Of a DNA stretch of 41,442 nucleotides, positions 9,844 to 18,080 are shown piece by piece. This DNA is from Clostridiales bacterium (GTDB taxonomy: Bacteria > Bacillota > Clostridia > Caldicoprobacterales > DTU083). How positions within the stretch are numbered: the first letter of the stretch is position 1; each line of letters opens with the position of its first letter. The notes beneath the pieces are model-generated. The model was not told the DNA's origin, made no database searches, and saw only the letters and a list, made by a program, of their open reading frames with translations. The position numbers were made by a program, and so were the translations under genes. Location: contig JAAZEK010000113.1 in NCBI GenBank assembly GCA_012512335.1, positions 1 to 41,442 of the forward strand, read 5' to 3'.

Positions 9844-11589
9844 ATGGGGGATAGCATGATTCGAGAAATTTCAATTCAGAACATTGCTCTTATCGACGAA
9901 CTAACCATAAGCTTTGAAGAGGGCTTCAATGTATTAACAGGAGAGACTGGTGCTGGTAAGTCAATCATTATCGATTCAGTCAACTTAGCATTAGGTGAAA
10001 GAGCGGATCGTGAGTTAATTCAAACTGGTAAGAATTTTGCAAGGGTTGATCTTCTTTTTCAACTAACTAACGATAGAATGAATGAAACCCTTACAGAGTA
10101 CGGTATACCTCCAGAAGAGGATGGTAGTCTTCTTTTGATGCGAGAACTGTCCATACAAGGTAGAAACTTGTGCAAGGTTAATGGTCGCTCTGTAACCCTA
10201 ACAATGCTGCGTGAAATATCACGTCACTTGGTGGATGTTCATGGACAGCATCAGCATCAGTCATTGTTGACTCCAGAGTCTCATGTAGAATTTTTGGATC
10301 GTCTGGGAGGTTCTGATCTAGAAGAAACAATGGCTGAGTTACATCTAGCTTGGTCAACTTGGCAGGTAACTAAAAAGGAGATCAATAAGCTGCAGGGTTG
10401 GAGCGAAAATGGTGAAAGACGTAGTGATATCCTGAAGTATCAGATTGATGAAATTGATAAAGCTGCCCTGAAATCTGGTGAAGAAGAAAGCATACGTAAG
10501 GAACGTTCTATCCTTGCTCATGCAGAAAAAATAGCTAGCTCTGTGGCAGAAACCTATGAACTTTTGTATTCTGGTAACAAGAATGCTTCTTCCGTAATAG
10601 ATGGGCTTTCTGTTGTAGTCAGTCAACTAAAATCCATCCAGGGAATTGATGAAAACTTAGACACAATTATTGAGAGTTTGGAAAGTATACAATATACCCT
10701 TGAGGATTCCGTGCATGAATTACGATTCTATCGTGATAGTTTTGAATATGATCCAGACCGCCTTGAAATGCTAGATGACCGATTAGAGCTTCTTTTAACC
10801 ATGAAACGCAAGTACGGAGCGAGTGTAGAAGATGTGATTCAGTTAAAGGGGGAATTAGAGTCGGAATTAGACTTACTGGAAAACAGTCAGGAAAAGCTAG
10901 AAGCATTGCAAAAACAGTCTCATGATCAGTATCTTATTGTACTTAAGTGTTGTAGAATACTTTCTCAAAAAAGAAAAAAGGCTGCTCAATTCCTAGAAAA
11001 ACAGCTAACAAAAGAACTGGTAGATTTAAATATGGGACGCACTTTGTTTCAGGTAAATATGAGCTCACCTGATCATGCAGCTGCAGAAGAGAATGATATT
11101 CCTGGAATTAGTAAGAATGGTTATGATAATGTAGAATTTCTTATTTCTCCCAATCTAGGAGAGCCTCTGAAACCCTTAGCTAAAATAATATCTGGAGGAG
11201 AAATGTCTAGACTGATGCTTGCCTTCAAAACCATATTAGGAGATTTGGATGAAATCCCCACAATGATTTTTGATGAGATTGATGTGGGAATTAGTGGGAG
11301 AACTGCTCAAAAGGTAGCTGAAAAAATTGGAGGTATTTCTAGAAACCGTCAGGTTATATGTGTGACACATCTTCCTCAAATCGCATCTATGGCTGATTGC
11401 CATTTTGTCATTGAAAAGAAGATTAGTGAAGAACATACTCGAACTCATGTAAGCAAATTGGATATTCAGGAACGAAAAGAAGAAATTGCCAGAATGATTG
11501 GAGGTAGCAATTTAACAACTCTTAGTTTGGAACATGCAGGTGAACTTATAAAATCTGCTATACAACAAAAAACAGAGCATTCTATTTGA
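9844..11589 (+). CDS. recN: DNA repair protein RecN
   Basis: Walker A GETGAGKS, ABC signature GGEMSRLMLA, Walker B MIFDEIDVG, and a long coiled-coil middle region. The alternative in-frame ATG at 9856 (MIREISIQN) is equally plausible. Confidence 0.93.
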   Translation: MGDSMIREISIQNIALIDELTISFEEGFNVLTGETGAGKSIIIDSVNLALGERADRELIQTGKNFARVDLLFQLTNDRMNETLTEYGIPPEEDGSLLLMRELSIQGRNLCKVNGRSVTLTMLREISRHLVDVHGQHQHQSLLTPESHVEFLDRLGGSDLEETMAELHLAWSTWQVTKKEINKLQGWSENGERRSDILKYQIDEIDKAALKSGEEESIRKERSILAHAEKIASSVAETYELLYSGNKNASSVIDGLSVVVSQLKSIQGIDENLDTIIESLESIQYTLEDSVHELRFYRDSFEYDPDRLEMLDDRLELLLTMKRKYGASVEDVIQLKGELESELDLLENSQEKLEALQKQSHDQYLIVLKCCRILSQKRKKAAQFLEKQLTKELVDLNMGRTLFQVNMSSPDHAAAEENDIPGISKNGYDNVEFLISPNLGEPLKPLAKIISGGEMSRLMLAFKTILGDLDEIPTMIFDEIDVGISGRTAQKVAEKIGGISRNRQVICVTHLPQIASMADCHFVIEKKISEEHTRTHVSKLDIQERKEEIARMIGGSNLTTLSLEHAGELIKSAIQQKTEHSI

Positions 11590-11717
11590 CTTTTTTGTTC
11601 CCAGTAACTAGCTTTTTATTCCCAGTATAAATCATTTCTAATAGGTTACCTTAAAACTAGTTATACTAGATTTCATTTTAGGTAAAAATAGAAAATGATT
11701 TAGTGGGAGCGTGCAGG

Positions 11718-13019
11718 ATGAAAAGACGAGTATTAAAAAAAGCATTTGGCATTATATTGACAGCAATATTTTTGGTATTCAATTATTCTCCAATAGTTCA
11801 AGATATCTCTCGTTTACCTGCGGAATTGCAGATATTCCAAGGTGATACCCAGATACTGGATTTAAGGTTGCCAATAAAAGCAAGAATAAATGATAGTAAC
11901 GAGTTAAATGTTCTAAAATTTAATGGTGATTCATTGAAAAGTCTTGAGGTTTATGATATCAGCCAGCCTTTGGCCATAGAGCCAGTTAATCAAGGTAATG
12001 TAGACCTTGACTTTATGCTATTTGGATTCATTCCCATCAAAAAGTTAACAATACAGGTTACTTCTCCTAAGAAGCTAATACCTGGTGGAAATTCCATAGG
12101 TGTATCATTGTATACAAATGGCGCACTAGTTGTTGGAACCTCCGAGGTAACAGACAAAAAGGGGATTACCCATTTTCCTGCCATAGATGCTGGAATTTTA
12201 CCTGGGGACATTATAGAAAAGGTAAATGGAGTAACTGTAAAAGATGCAGCTCATTTAACCCAATTAGTGAACAAGGTGAAGGGTAAGTCAGTAGAACTAA
12301 CTTGCAGAAGAGATAATCGTCTTTATGTAACGAAGATATATCCTATGATGGATGAAAGCGATAATAAATTTCGCATAGGTCTATGGGTAAGAGATAGCAC
12401 CGCTGGTGTCGGAACATTAACCTTTGTAGATCCAGATACCAGATTTTTAGCTGCCCTTGGTCATGCTATAACAGACGTAGACACAGGATCACTCTTGTCT
12501 GTTAAAAATGGCGAAATTTCTGAATCGACTGTTATTGATGTAAAAATAGGTAAAAAAGGTTTACCTGGTGAATTAGTAGGGAATTTTTCTAGTGATAAAA
12601 ATGCAATAGGAACCATTGTAAAAAATACGAGATATGGGATTTACGGGAAAGCAGACCGCAGTGTAACAAACCCTTTATACAAAGCTTTGCCAATTGCCTA
12701 TCAGAATCAAATCAAGACTGGTAAAGCCACAATTTTGACAACAATAGATGATACTGGGATTCAAGAATTTGATATTCAGATAACCAAAGTAGTGAGACAA
12801 GCTTCTTCGGGAACAAAGGGTCTAGTTCTTGAAATATCAGACCCTAAATTGTTGAAAAAAACAGGCGGTATTGTTCAAGGAATGAGTGGGAGTCCCATTA
12901 TACAAGATGGTAAGCTTGTAGGTGCAGTAACCCACGTATTTGTTAATGATCCAACAAAAGGATATGGAATTTTTATTGAATGGATGTTAGAAGAGGCGAA
13001 TAAAATAATCGAAGAATAA
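11718..13019 (+). CDS. spoIVB: SpoIVB peptidase (S55, sporulation signalling protease)
   Basis: An N-terminal TM segment, a PDZ region (GILPGDIIEKVNG), and the S55 catalytic region with LGHAITD and GMSGSPI. The ORF-track start is 11703. The ATG at 11718 (MKRRVLKK) is preferred. Confidence 0.9.
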   Translation: MKRRVLKKAFGIILTAIFLVFNYSPIVQDISRLPAELQIFQGDTQILDLRLPIKARINDSNELNVLKFNGDSLKSLEVYDISQPLAIEPVNQGNVDLDFMLFGFIPIKKLTIQVTSPKKLIPGGNSIGVSLYTNGALVVGTSEVTDKKGITHFPAIDAGILPGDIIEKVNGVTVKDAAHLTQLVNKVKGKSVELTCRRDNRLYVTKIYPMMDESDNKFRIGLWVRDSTAGVGTLTFVDPDTRFLAALGHAITDVDTGSLLSVKNGEISESTVIDVKIGKKGLPGELVGNFSSDKNAIGTIVKNTRYGIYGKADRSVTNPLYKALPIAYQNQIKTGKATILTTIDDTGIQEFDIQITKVVRQASSGTKGLVLEISDPKLLKKTGGIVQGMSGSPIIQDGKLVGAVTHVFVNDPTKGYGIFIEWMLEEANKIIEE

Positions 13020-13067
13020 GTGAAAATAATAAAAATTTCGTGAAACTAGGAGGAATCGCCAAAGATT

Positions 13068-13074
13068 TGTCGAA
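13068..13074 (+). promoter_or_regulatory. Consensus Spo0A (0A) box TGTCGAA upstream of spo0A
   Basis: An exact TGTCGAA. A near-match in reverse orientation (TTCGTGA) lies at 13037-13043. An adjacent AGGAAT...CGAAAT resembles a sigma-H promoter. A 7-mer match can occur by chance, so only its position lends weight. Confidence 0.35.
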
Positions 13075-13240
13075 ATGCTAGATTATAACATATATAGAAC
13101 ATATATAAATATAAAGTTTAATATTTGTTATTAGTGGAGCGATAGAACTGTATTTCTTTATTTTAATCCCTTAATGAGGATTATAGTTAGTATACATTAC
13201 TGACAAGCCCATATTTGCATAACACAAATATGATTTTTCA

Positions 13241-13325
13241 ACGATAAAGGCAAACCATTGGAAACGATGAGACGCAAAGCCAAAGGGCCTAAATCCTTAT
13301 GGATATGGTAGCCGTGCCGCCGAAA
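13241..13325 (+). promoter_or_regulatory. c-di-GMP-I (GEMM-I) riboswitch aptamer in the spo0A upstream region
   Basis: Sequence read: ACGAUAAAGGCAAACC-AUUG-GAAA-CGAUG-AGACGCAAAGCC-AAAGGGCCUAAAUCC-UUAU-GGAUAUGGUAGCCGUGCCGCCGAAAG. It contains the conserved AAGGCAAACC and GACGCAAAGCC blocks. It has a P2 hairpin capped by a GAAA tetraloop. It also has the matching tetraloop-receptor halves CCUAAA/UAUGG flanking a short hairpin. The order and spacing match the Vibrio Vc2 aptamer as I remember it. Confidence 0.85.
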
Positions 13326-13445
13326 GAAGAGTTATCTTTAGAGAGCGCACTTCTTCTTTAACTTTCTGTCCATAAGCAACTATAAATTTGTAAGAATGGT
13401 TTTAATGTAAATATATGTATAAAATAATAACAGGGGGCTAATTTA

Positions 13446-14330
13446 ATGAATGAAAAACTCACGGTACTAATAGCTGATGATAACAAAGACTTTTGTGACA
13501 TCATAGGACAATACTTATCAAAACAGAGTGATATTGATCTTGTGGGAGTTGTTCACGATGGTTTTGAAGCACTAAACCAAATTATTAAGCTCCAACCTGA
13601 TGTAGTGGTTCTTGATATTATCATGCCTCATATGGATGGATTAGGTGTACTGGAAAAGCTGGCTGAAGAAGATAGTCTAGAAAATTTTCCAAAAGTAATC
13701 ATTCTTTCAGCAGTTGGTCAAGATAAGATTACCCAGCGAGCCATTGCTCTAGGAGCCGATTATTACATGGTTAAGCCCTTTAATCTTGAGCTTTTTGTGA
13801 AGCGCATTCGTGAACTGGGCAACAACTTGCTTATATACCCCGATTATTTTTCATCTAATTTCTCCACTACTGAAGAGAAATTGGGAACTGAGTCTGAGTT
13901 GTTGGAAAACCCAATGTCATATCAGAACAATAGCTCAAAAACGAGTCATCAACGGAGTCTGGAAGCGGACATCACTAATATCATACATGAAATCGGTGTA
14001 CCTGCTCATATAAAAGGATATCAGTACTTAAGGGAAGCAATCACTATGGTAGTTAACAATATAAATCTATTAAATGGCATCACCAAGGAACTATACCCTG
14101 GTATTGCACAAACCTTCAACACCACACCCAGTCGAGTAGAGCGTGCAATTCGTCACGCAATCGAAGTAGCTTGGAGCCGTGGACGGGTTGATACTATTAA
14201 CAAACTGTTTGGATATACTATTCATGACGAAAAAGGTAAACCAACTAATGGTGAGTTTATTGCAATGATAGCTGATAAGCTTAGGATGCAATCACGGAGT
14301 TCTGAACAAAATATCGATTATAAAAATTAA
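13446..14330 (+). CDS. spo0A: Sporulation master regulator Spo0A
   Basis: A receiver domain ([23 protein letters not shown]) and a Spo0A-specific C-terminal DNA-binding domain ([34 protein letters not shown]). RBS GGGGG. An unusually long Ser/Asn/Glu-rich linker is present. Confidence 0.96.
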   Translation: MNEKLTVLIADDNKDFCDIIGQYLSKQSDIDLVGVVHDGFEALNQIIKLQPDVVVLDIIMPHMDGLGVLEKLAEEDSLENFPKVIILSAVGQDKITQRAIALGADYYMVKPFNLELFVKRIRELGNNLLIYPDYFSSNFSTTEEKLGTESELLENPMSYQNNSSKTSHQRSLEADITNIIHEIGVPAHIKGYQYLREAITMVVNNINLLNGITKELYPGIAQTFNTTPSRVERAIRHAIEVAWSRGRVDTINKLFGYTIHDEKGKPTNGEFIAMIADKLRMQSRSSEQNIDYKN

Positions 14331-14376
14331 TTTACTGTACTATCAAGAATTGCATAAAATGTAACAAATATAAAAC

Positions 14377-14425
14377 TAGCTTCGTTTTTAATATATAAAA
14401 TCATTTACGAAGCTATTTCTTTTTG
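14377..14425 (+). terminator. Rho-independent terminator after spo0A
   Basis: A 9-bp stem TAGCTTCGT/ACGAAGCTA with an AT-rich 21-nt loop, followed by TTTCTTTTT. Confidence 0.6.
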
Positions 14426-14490
14426 CTTATTATGAATAAATAGGATGATATTGCTAAAGATATTAATACTTTCGTTGGGAGTGTGATGCA

Positions 14491-15609
14491 ATGATTCGCG
14501 GCAATGCTAAAAAAGATAAAAAAACCAAGAATTTAATAAATCGTCTTGGGCCATCTGATATTGCCATCATAGATCACAAGGATTTGGATGAAGTTGCCGC
14601 AATTCATCTAGTTGAACATAAAATTAAAGCTGTTATCAATTGCAATTGTTCTATCAGTGGAAGCTATCCAAATCAAGGTCCTAAAATATTAGCTGAGGCT
14701 GGAGTGTCACTATATGATAATGTCGGAATAGATTTCTTTATGTTAGTTGAAGAAAATGACCTAATAGAAATACATAATAACACTATATTTGTCAACCAAC
14801 AAGCAATTTGCAGTGCAAGAGAACTGAGCGAGGAGGAAATAAAAAAAAAGATGGAGCAAGCATCAGAAAATATACGTGATGTGCTTCATGATTTTATAGA
14901 TAACACTTTAGACTATGCTGGAAGAGAGAAAGATTTAATACTTTCACCGATTGATATGCCTAAGCTTACTGTAAATATGAATGGAAGACATGTACTGGTG
15001 GTTATTAGAGGTAAAAACTATAAAGAAGACTTAAAGGCCATTCGCTCATATATTGAAGAAATAAATCCCATCATGATTGGAGTTGATGGTGGTGCAGATG
15101 CCTTGTTGGAATTTGGATATGTACCAGATATTATAATCGGAGATATGGACAGCGTCAGCGATCATGCCTTGAGAAAATGCACAGAAATTATTGTCCATGC
15201 CTATCCCGATGGACGAGCTCCAGGTTTAAAGCGAATTCGAAAATTGGTGCTTAATTCATCTATCTTTCCTTACCCAGGAACAAGTGAAGATGTAGCCCTG
15301 ATACTTGCATATGAAAATAAAGCGGAATTAATTGTTGCTGTAGGCAGTCATACTAATATGATAGATTTTTTAGAAAAGGGAAGACCAGGAATGGCAAGCA
15401 CCTTTTTAGTAAGAATGAAGGTTGGTTATAAGGTTATTGACGCAAAAGGTGTAAGTGAGCTTTACCGTAACAAATTAAAGCCCTCTTATTTAGCAGCTAT
15501 GTTCTTATCTGCACTTTTTCCTATCGGAATGATAGCCAAAATGTCCCCCATGATCCAGGAGTGGTATCACTTGATTACTTTGAGATTAAAAATATTAATA
15601 GGGTTGTAG
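14491..15609 (+). CDS. steA: SteA-like protein (putative cytokinetic ring protein with a thiamine-pyrophosphokinase-like domain and C-terminal membrane anchor)
   Basis: An N-terminal region KKTKNLINRLGPSDIAIIDHKDLDEVAAIHLVEHKIKAVINCNCSISGSYPNQGP, typical of SteA-family proteins. A TPK-like IGDMDS motif. A hydrophobic C-terminus. Confidence 0.65.
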   Translation: MIRGNAKKDKKTKNLINRLGPSDIAIIDHKDLDEVAAIHLVEHKIKAVINCNCSISGSYPNQGPKILAEAGVSLYDNVGIDFFMLVEENDLIEIHNNTIFVNQQAICSARELSEEEIKKKMEQASENIRDVLHDFIDNTLDYAGREKDLILSPIDMPKLTVNMNGRHVLVVIRGKNYKEDLKAIRSYIEEINPIMIGVDGGADALLEFGYVPDIIIGDMDSVSDHALRKCTEIIVHAYPDGRAPGLKRIRKLVLNSSIFPYPGTSEDVALILAYENKAELIVAVGSHTNMIDFLEKGRPGMASTFLVRMKVGYKVIDAKGVSELYRNKLKPSYLAAMFLSALFPIGMIAKMSPMIQEWYHLITLRLKILIGL

Positions 15610-15618
15610 GTGAGCTGT

Positions 15619-16509
15619 ATGATCAATATTAAATATTATGTATTTCTAATGGTAGGTATTTTTCTTTCTATGGGATTGGGAATGATGATTGGAATTACTT
15701 TGGAGAATCATAATATTATAGAAAATCAGCAGACTCAATTGATTCACCAAATTGAAGATCGCTTTGTAAACCTTCAAACTGAAGCAACACAATTAAAAAT
15801 GGAACTCACTAGTGTTAATGATCAAAGAGAACAATTGCATGAATTATCCTCCCTTATGTTTGAGGAAATTATTCAAAATAAGCTATCTAGTGTTCACGTA
15901 GGAGTAATCACATTTTCTCAGCAGAGCTCCATGGATGATATGCTGGATTTCTTACGATTTACAGGTGCATCGGTGGAATCAGCCCTTAGCTTGATACCTA
16001 ATACTCACATTGATAGTGAAAAAACAGTACATGCAATTCAACAGGCTGATGAGTTTATATCTACAATGATACAGGAGTTGGTATATAACATGACCTATGG
16101 TGAGTTGACGCCGCTAATTGAAGAAGCAGAAGGCCTTTTCATAAATTCTTACATTCGACAGTATTCATTTCCTGTAGATGCTATTATTCTATTAGGTCAA
16201 GGTTCTTCTACTTTAACACATGACAAAATTCTAATAGAAAAAGCGAAAGAAGCAGGAATTATAGTAGTTGCTGTTGAGTCTGGGCAAGTAGAAACTAGCA
16301 ATATGTCTACCTATAAAACTTTGGGGATTTCAACGGTAGACCATGTTGAGTCAATATATGGAAGACTAGCTTTAGCATCAGTGTTATCTGGCCATGTTGG
16401 GAATTTCGGGTTCGGAGAGGACGCTTTGGATCTGCTACCAAGCCCTCTGTTCTTTGTATATGATTCTATGGAACCGAATGAATCGGTTAGTGAAGGTGGC
16501 ATTCAATGA
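15619..16509 (+). CDS. MctB/'copper transporter'-family membrane-anchored protein (SteB-like)
   Basis: The N-terminus MINIKYYVFLMVGIFLSMGLGMMIG matches the family-typical Mxx(F/L)RYH plus TM start, followed by a coiled-coil and a soluble domain. The ORF track starts at GTG 15610, immediately after the steA stop. Confidence 0.6.
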   Translation: MINIKYYVFLMVGIFLSMGLGMMIGITLENHNIIENQQTQLIHQIEDRFVNLQTEATQLKMELTSVNDQREQLHELSSLMFEEIIQNKLSSVHVGVITFSQQSSMDDMLDFLRFTGASVESALSLIPNTHIDSEKTVHAIQQADEFISTMIQELVYNMTYGELTPLIEEAEGLFINSYIRQYSFPVDAIILLGQGSSTLTHDKILIEKAKEAGIIVVAVESGQVETSNMSTYKTLGISTVDHVESIYGRLALASVLSGHVGNFGFGEDALDLLPSPLFFVYDSMEPNESVSEGGIQ

Positions 16510-17204
16510 TTAACAAAAATTCTAAAGTGGGGATTATCATTCCTGCATACAATGAAGAAGATAAAATTAAGAATACCATAGAGTCTATAAAGCATCTTCC
16601 TTGGATTGAACGTATTCTTGTAGTTGATGACGGTTCAGATGATAACACTGCTAATTTTGCTTCTGAAGCAGGCGCAGACGTTCTTTCTCTTCATAGAAAC
16701 AGGGGGAAGGCATATGCAATGAAAACTGGTTATTTTAATTCAAATAGTGATATTCTTGTTTTTCTAGATGCTGATATAGTAGATGGTGCTGCTCAAATAA
16801 GTAAATTAGTAGACCCTATTTGGAATGGGGAAGCAGGAGCTGTTATCGCTCATTTTCCTATGACAGCTGGAGGTGGAGGATTCGGCTTGGTGAAGGGCTT
16901 AGCTAAAAAGGGTCTTAATATATTAACTGGTCAAAAGCTAACCAGTGTGCTATCTGGTCAAAGGGCTTTCCTTCGCACTGAATTATCTCCAGATTTTTTT
17001 GACTATAGAGGTTTTGGAATAGAATTTGGCATGACTGTAGATATGTTAAATAATGGTATAAAAATAAAAGAAGTAGATGTTAATATGAGACATCGTTTGA
17101 CTGGCAAAGACTGGGCTGGTTTTCGGCATCGATTTCGGCAGTTTTGTGATATATTTATTGTTTTATCTCGTAAATTAATAAAAAGAGCTATTCATAAAAG
17201 CTAG
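16506..17204 (+). CDS. Family 2 glycosyltransferase
   Basis: The GT-A signature IIIPAYNEE, then VVDDGSDDNT, and the DxD motif FLDAD. It overlaps the upstream gene by ATGA. Confidence 0.8.
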   Translation: MINKNSKVGIIIPAYNEEDKIKNTIESIKHLPWIERILVVDDGSDDNTANFASEAGADVLSLHRNRGKAYAMKTGYFNSNSDILVFLDADIVDGAAQISKLVDPIWNGEAGAVIAHFPMTAGGGGFGLVKGLAKKGLNILTGQKLTSVLSGQRAFLRTELSPDFFDYRGFGIEFGMTVDMLNNGIKIKEVDVNMRHRLTGKDWAGFRHRFRQFCDIFIVLSRKLIKRAIHKS

Positions 17205-17239
17205 ATGAGCAGCACTCAGCCTAAGGAGTAGGATAAAAC

Positions 17240-18079
17240 TTGAATCATTATTGGACTATAATATTTCTATTTTTGTCATCAAGCATAGCTGTTATAATTT
17301 TTTTGATTATAAAGAATAGATTGTTATCATTTATTATGAGAAAAAATCTGTTTTCAATTAATTATTCAGGTAGACAGGTAGTCAATTGTGCTGGATTATT
17401 GATCTTCTTGCCAATATTCCTAGTGTCTTTGCTGGTTTTTTTGATACAACCAAACTTATCTCAGCTAATATTCGTTCTAATGATACCTCTACTTACATTT
17501 ACAGGATTATTTGATGATATACTTGGTGATTCTTCTACTAAAGGCTTGTTAGGCCATGCTTCTGCTCTGCGTAAAGGTGAATTTTCCACTGGTTTTCTGA
17601 AGGCCTTATTAGCTGGCGTACTGGGTTTACTTCTTGCTTGGGCCAATTACAAAAATTTACTCATTATGATAATAGATATTTTTTTATTTTCCCTTTCAGT
17701 AAATACAATAAACTTATTAGATTTGCGCCCTAGTAGAGCAATAAAAGGATTTGGCTTATTGTTGATAATAATAGCTACTATAGCGCATTTTATAAAGCTG
17801 CATTTTATTCTTCCTACTATAATTGTACTGCTACTATACATAAGAGGTGAACTAGATGAAGTCTATATGCTAGGGGATACTGGGGCTAACTTGTTAGGTG
17901 GTATTCTAGGGTTTTATGGAGTTATGGTCTTGCATCCAATTGCAAAAGGAATTCTTTTGATACTACTATTCTCAATGCATCTTCTATCAGAATTTGTTTC
18001 TATTTCTAAATTAATTGAGCGAACACCATGGTTGTATAGACTGGATATGCTAGGTAGAGAGAGGAAAAGGAGTTATTGA
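17240..18079 (+). CDS. Polytopic membrane protein, divergent MraY/WecA-like (GT4) polyprenyl-phosphate sugar-phosphate transferase
   Basis: About 8-9 hydrophobic segments. A cytoplasmic-loop DD motif (GLFDDILGD), then NTINLLDLRP, then LGDTGANLLG. TTG start 11 nt after AAGGAG. Confidence 0.55.
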   Translation: MNHYWTIIFLFLSSSIAVIIFLIIKNRLLSFIMRKNLFSINYSGRQVVNCAGLLIFLPIFLVSLLVFLIQPNLSQLIFVLMIPLLTFTGLFDDILGDSSTKGLLGHASALRKGEFSTGFLKALLAGVLGLLLAWANYKNLLIMIIDIFLFSLSVNTINLLDLRPSRAIKGFGLLLIIIATIAHFIKLHFILPTIIVLLLYIRGELDEVYMLGDTGANLLGGILGFYGVMVLHPIAKGILLILLFSMHLLSEFVSISKLIERTPWLYRLDMLGRERKRSY

Positions 18080-18080
18080 A

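Noticed and set aside
11646-11688. An imperfect extended hairpin (TTACCTTAAAA...TTTTAGGTAA) and a repeated TTCCCAGTA motif between recN and spoIVB.
   Set aside because: There is no U-tract and the pairing is imperfect. I could not fit a sigma-F or sigma-G promoter consensus convincingly. The evidence is insufficient for a feature call.
13048-13134. AGGAGG just after the spoIVB stop, followed by a 19-codon ATG ORF (13075-13134).
   Set aside because: The ATG is 21 nt from the Shine-Dalgarno-like sequence and the peptide is AT-rich nonsense. The AGGA motif is more plausibly part of a sigma-H-like -35 element.
13810-14013. A 67-aa + strand ORF inside spo0A. The same reasoning applies to 1439-1627 in nusB and 26983-27168 in ytfJ.
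   Set aside because: These are out-of-frame ORFs nested in strongly supported genes.
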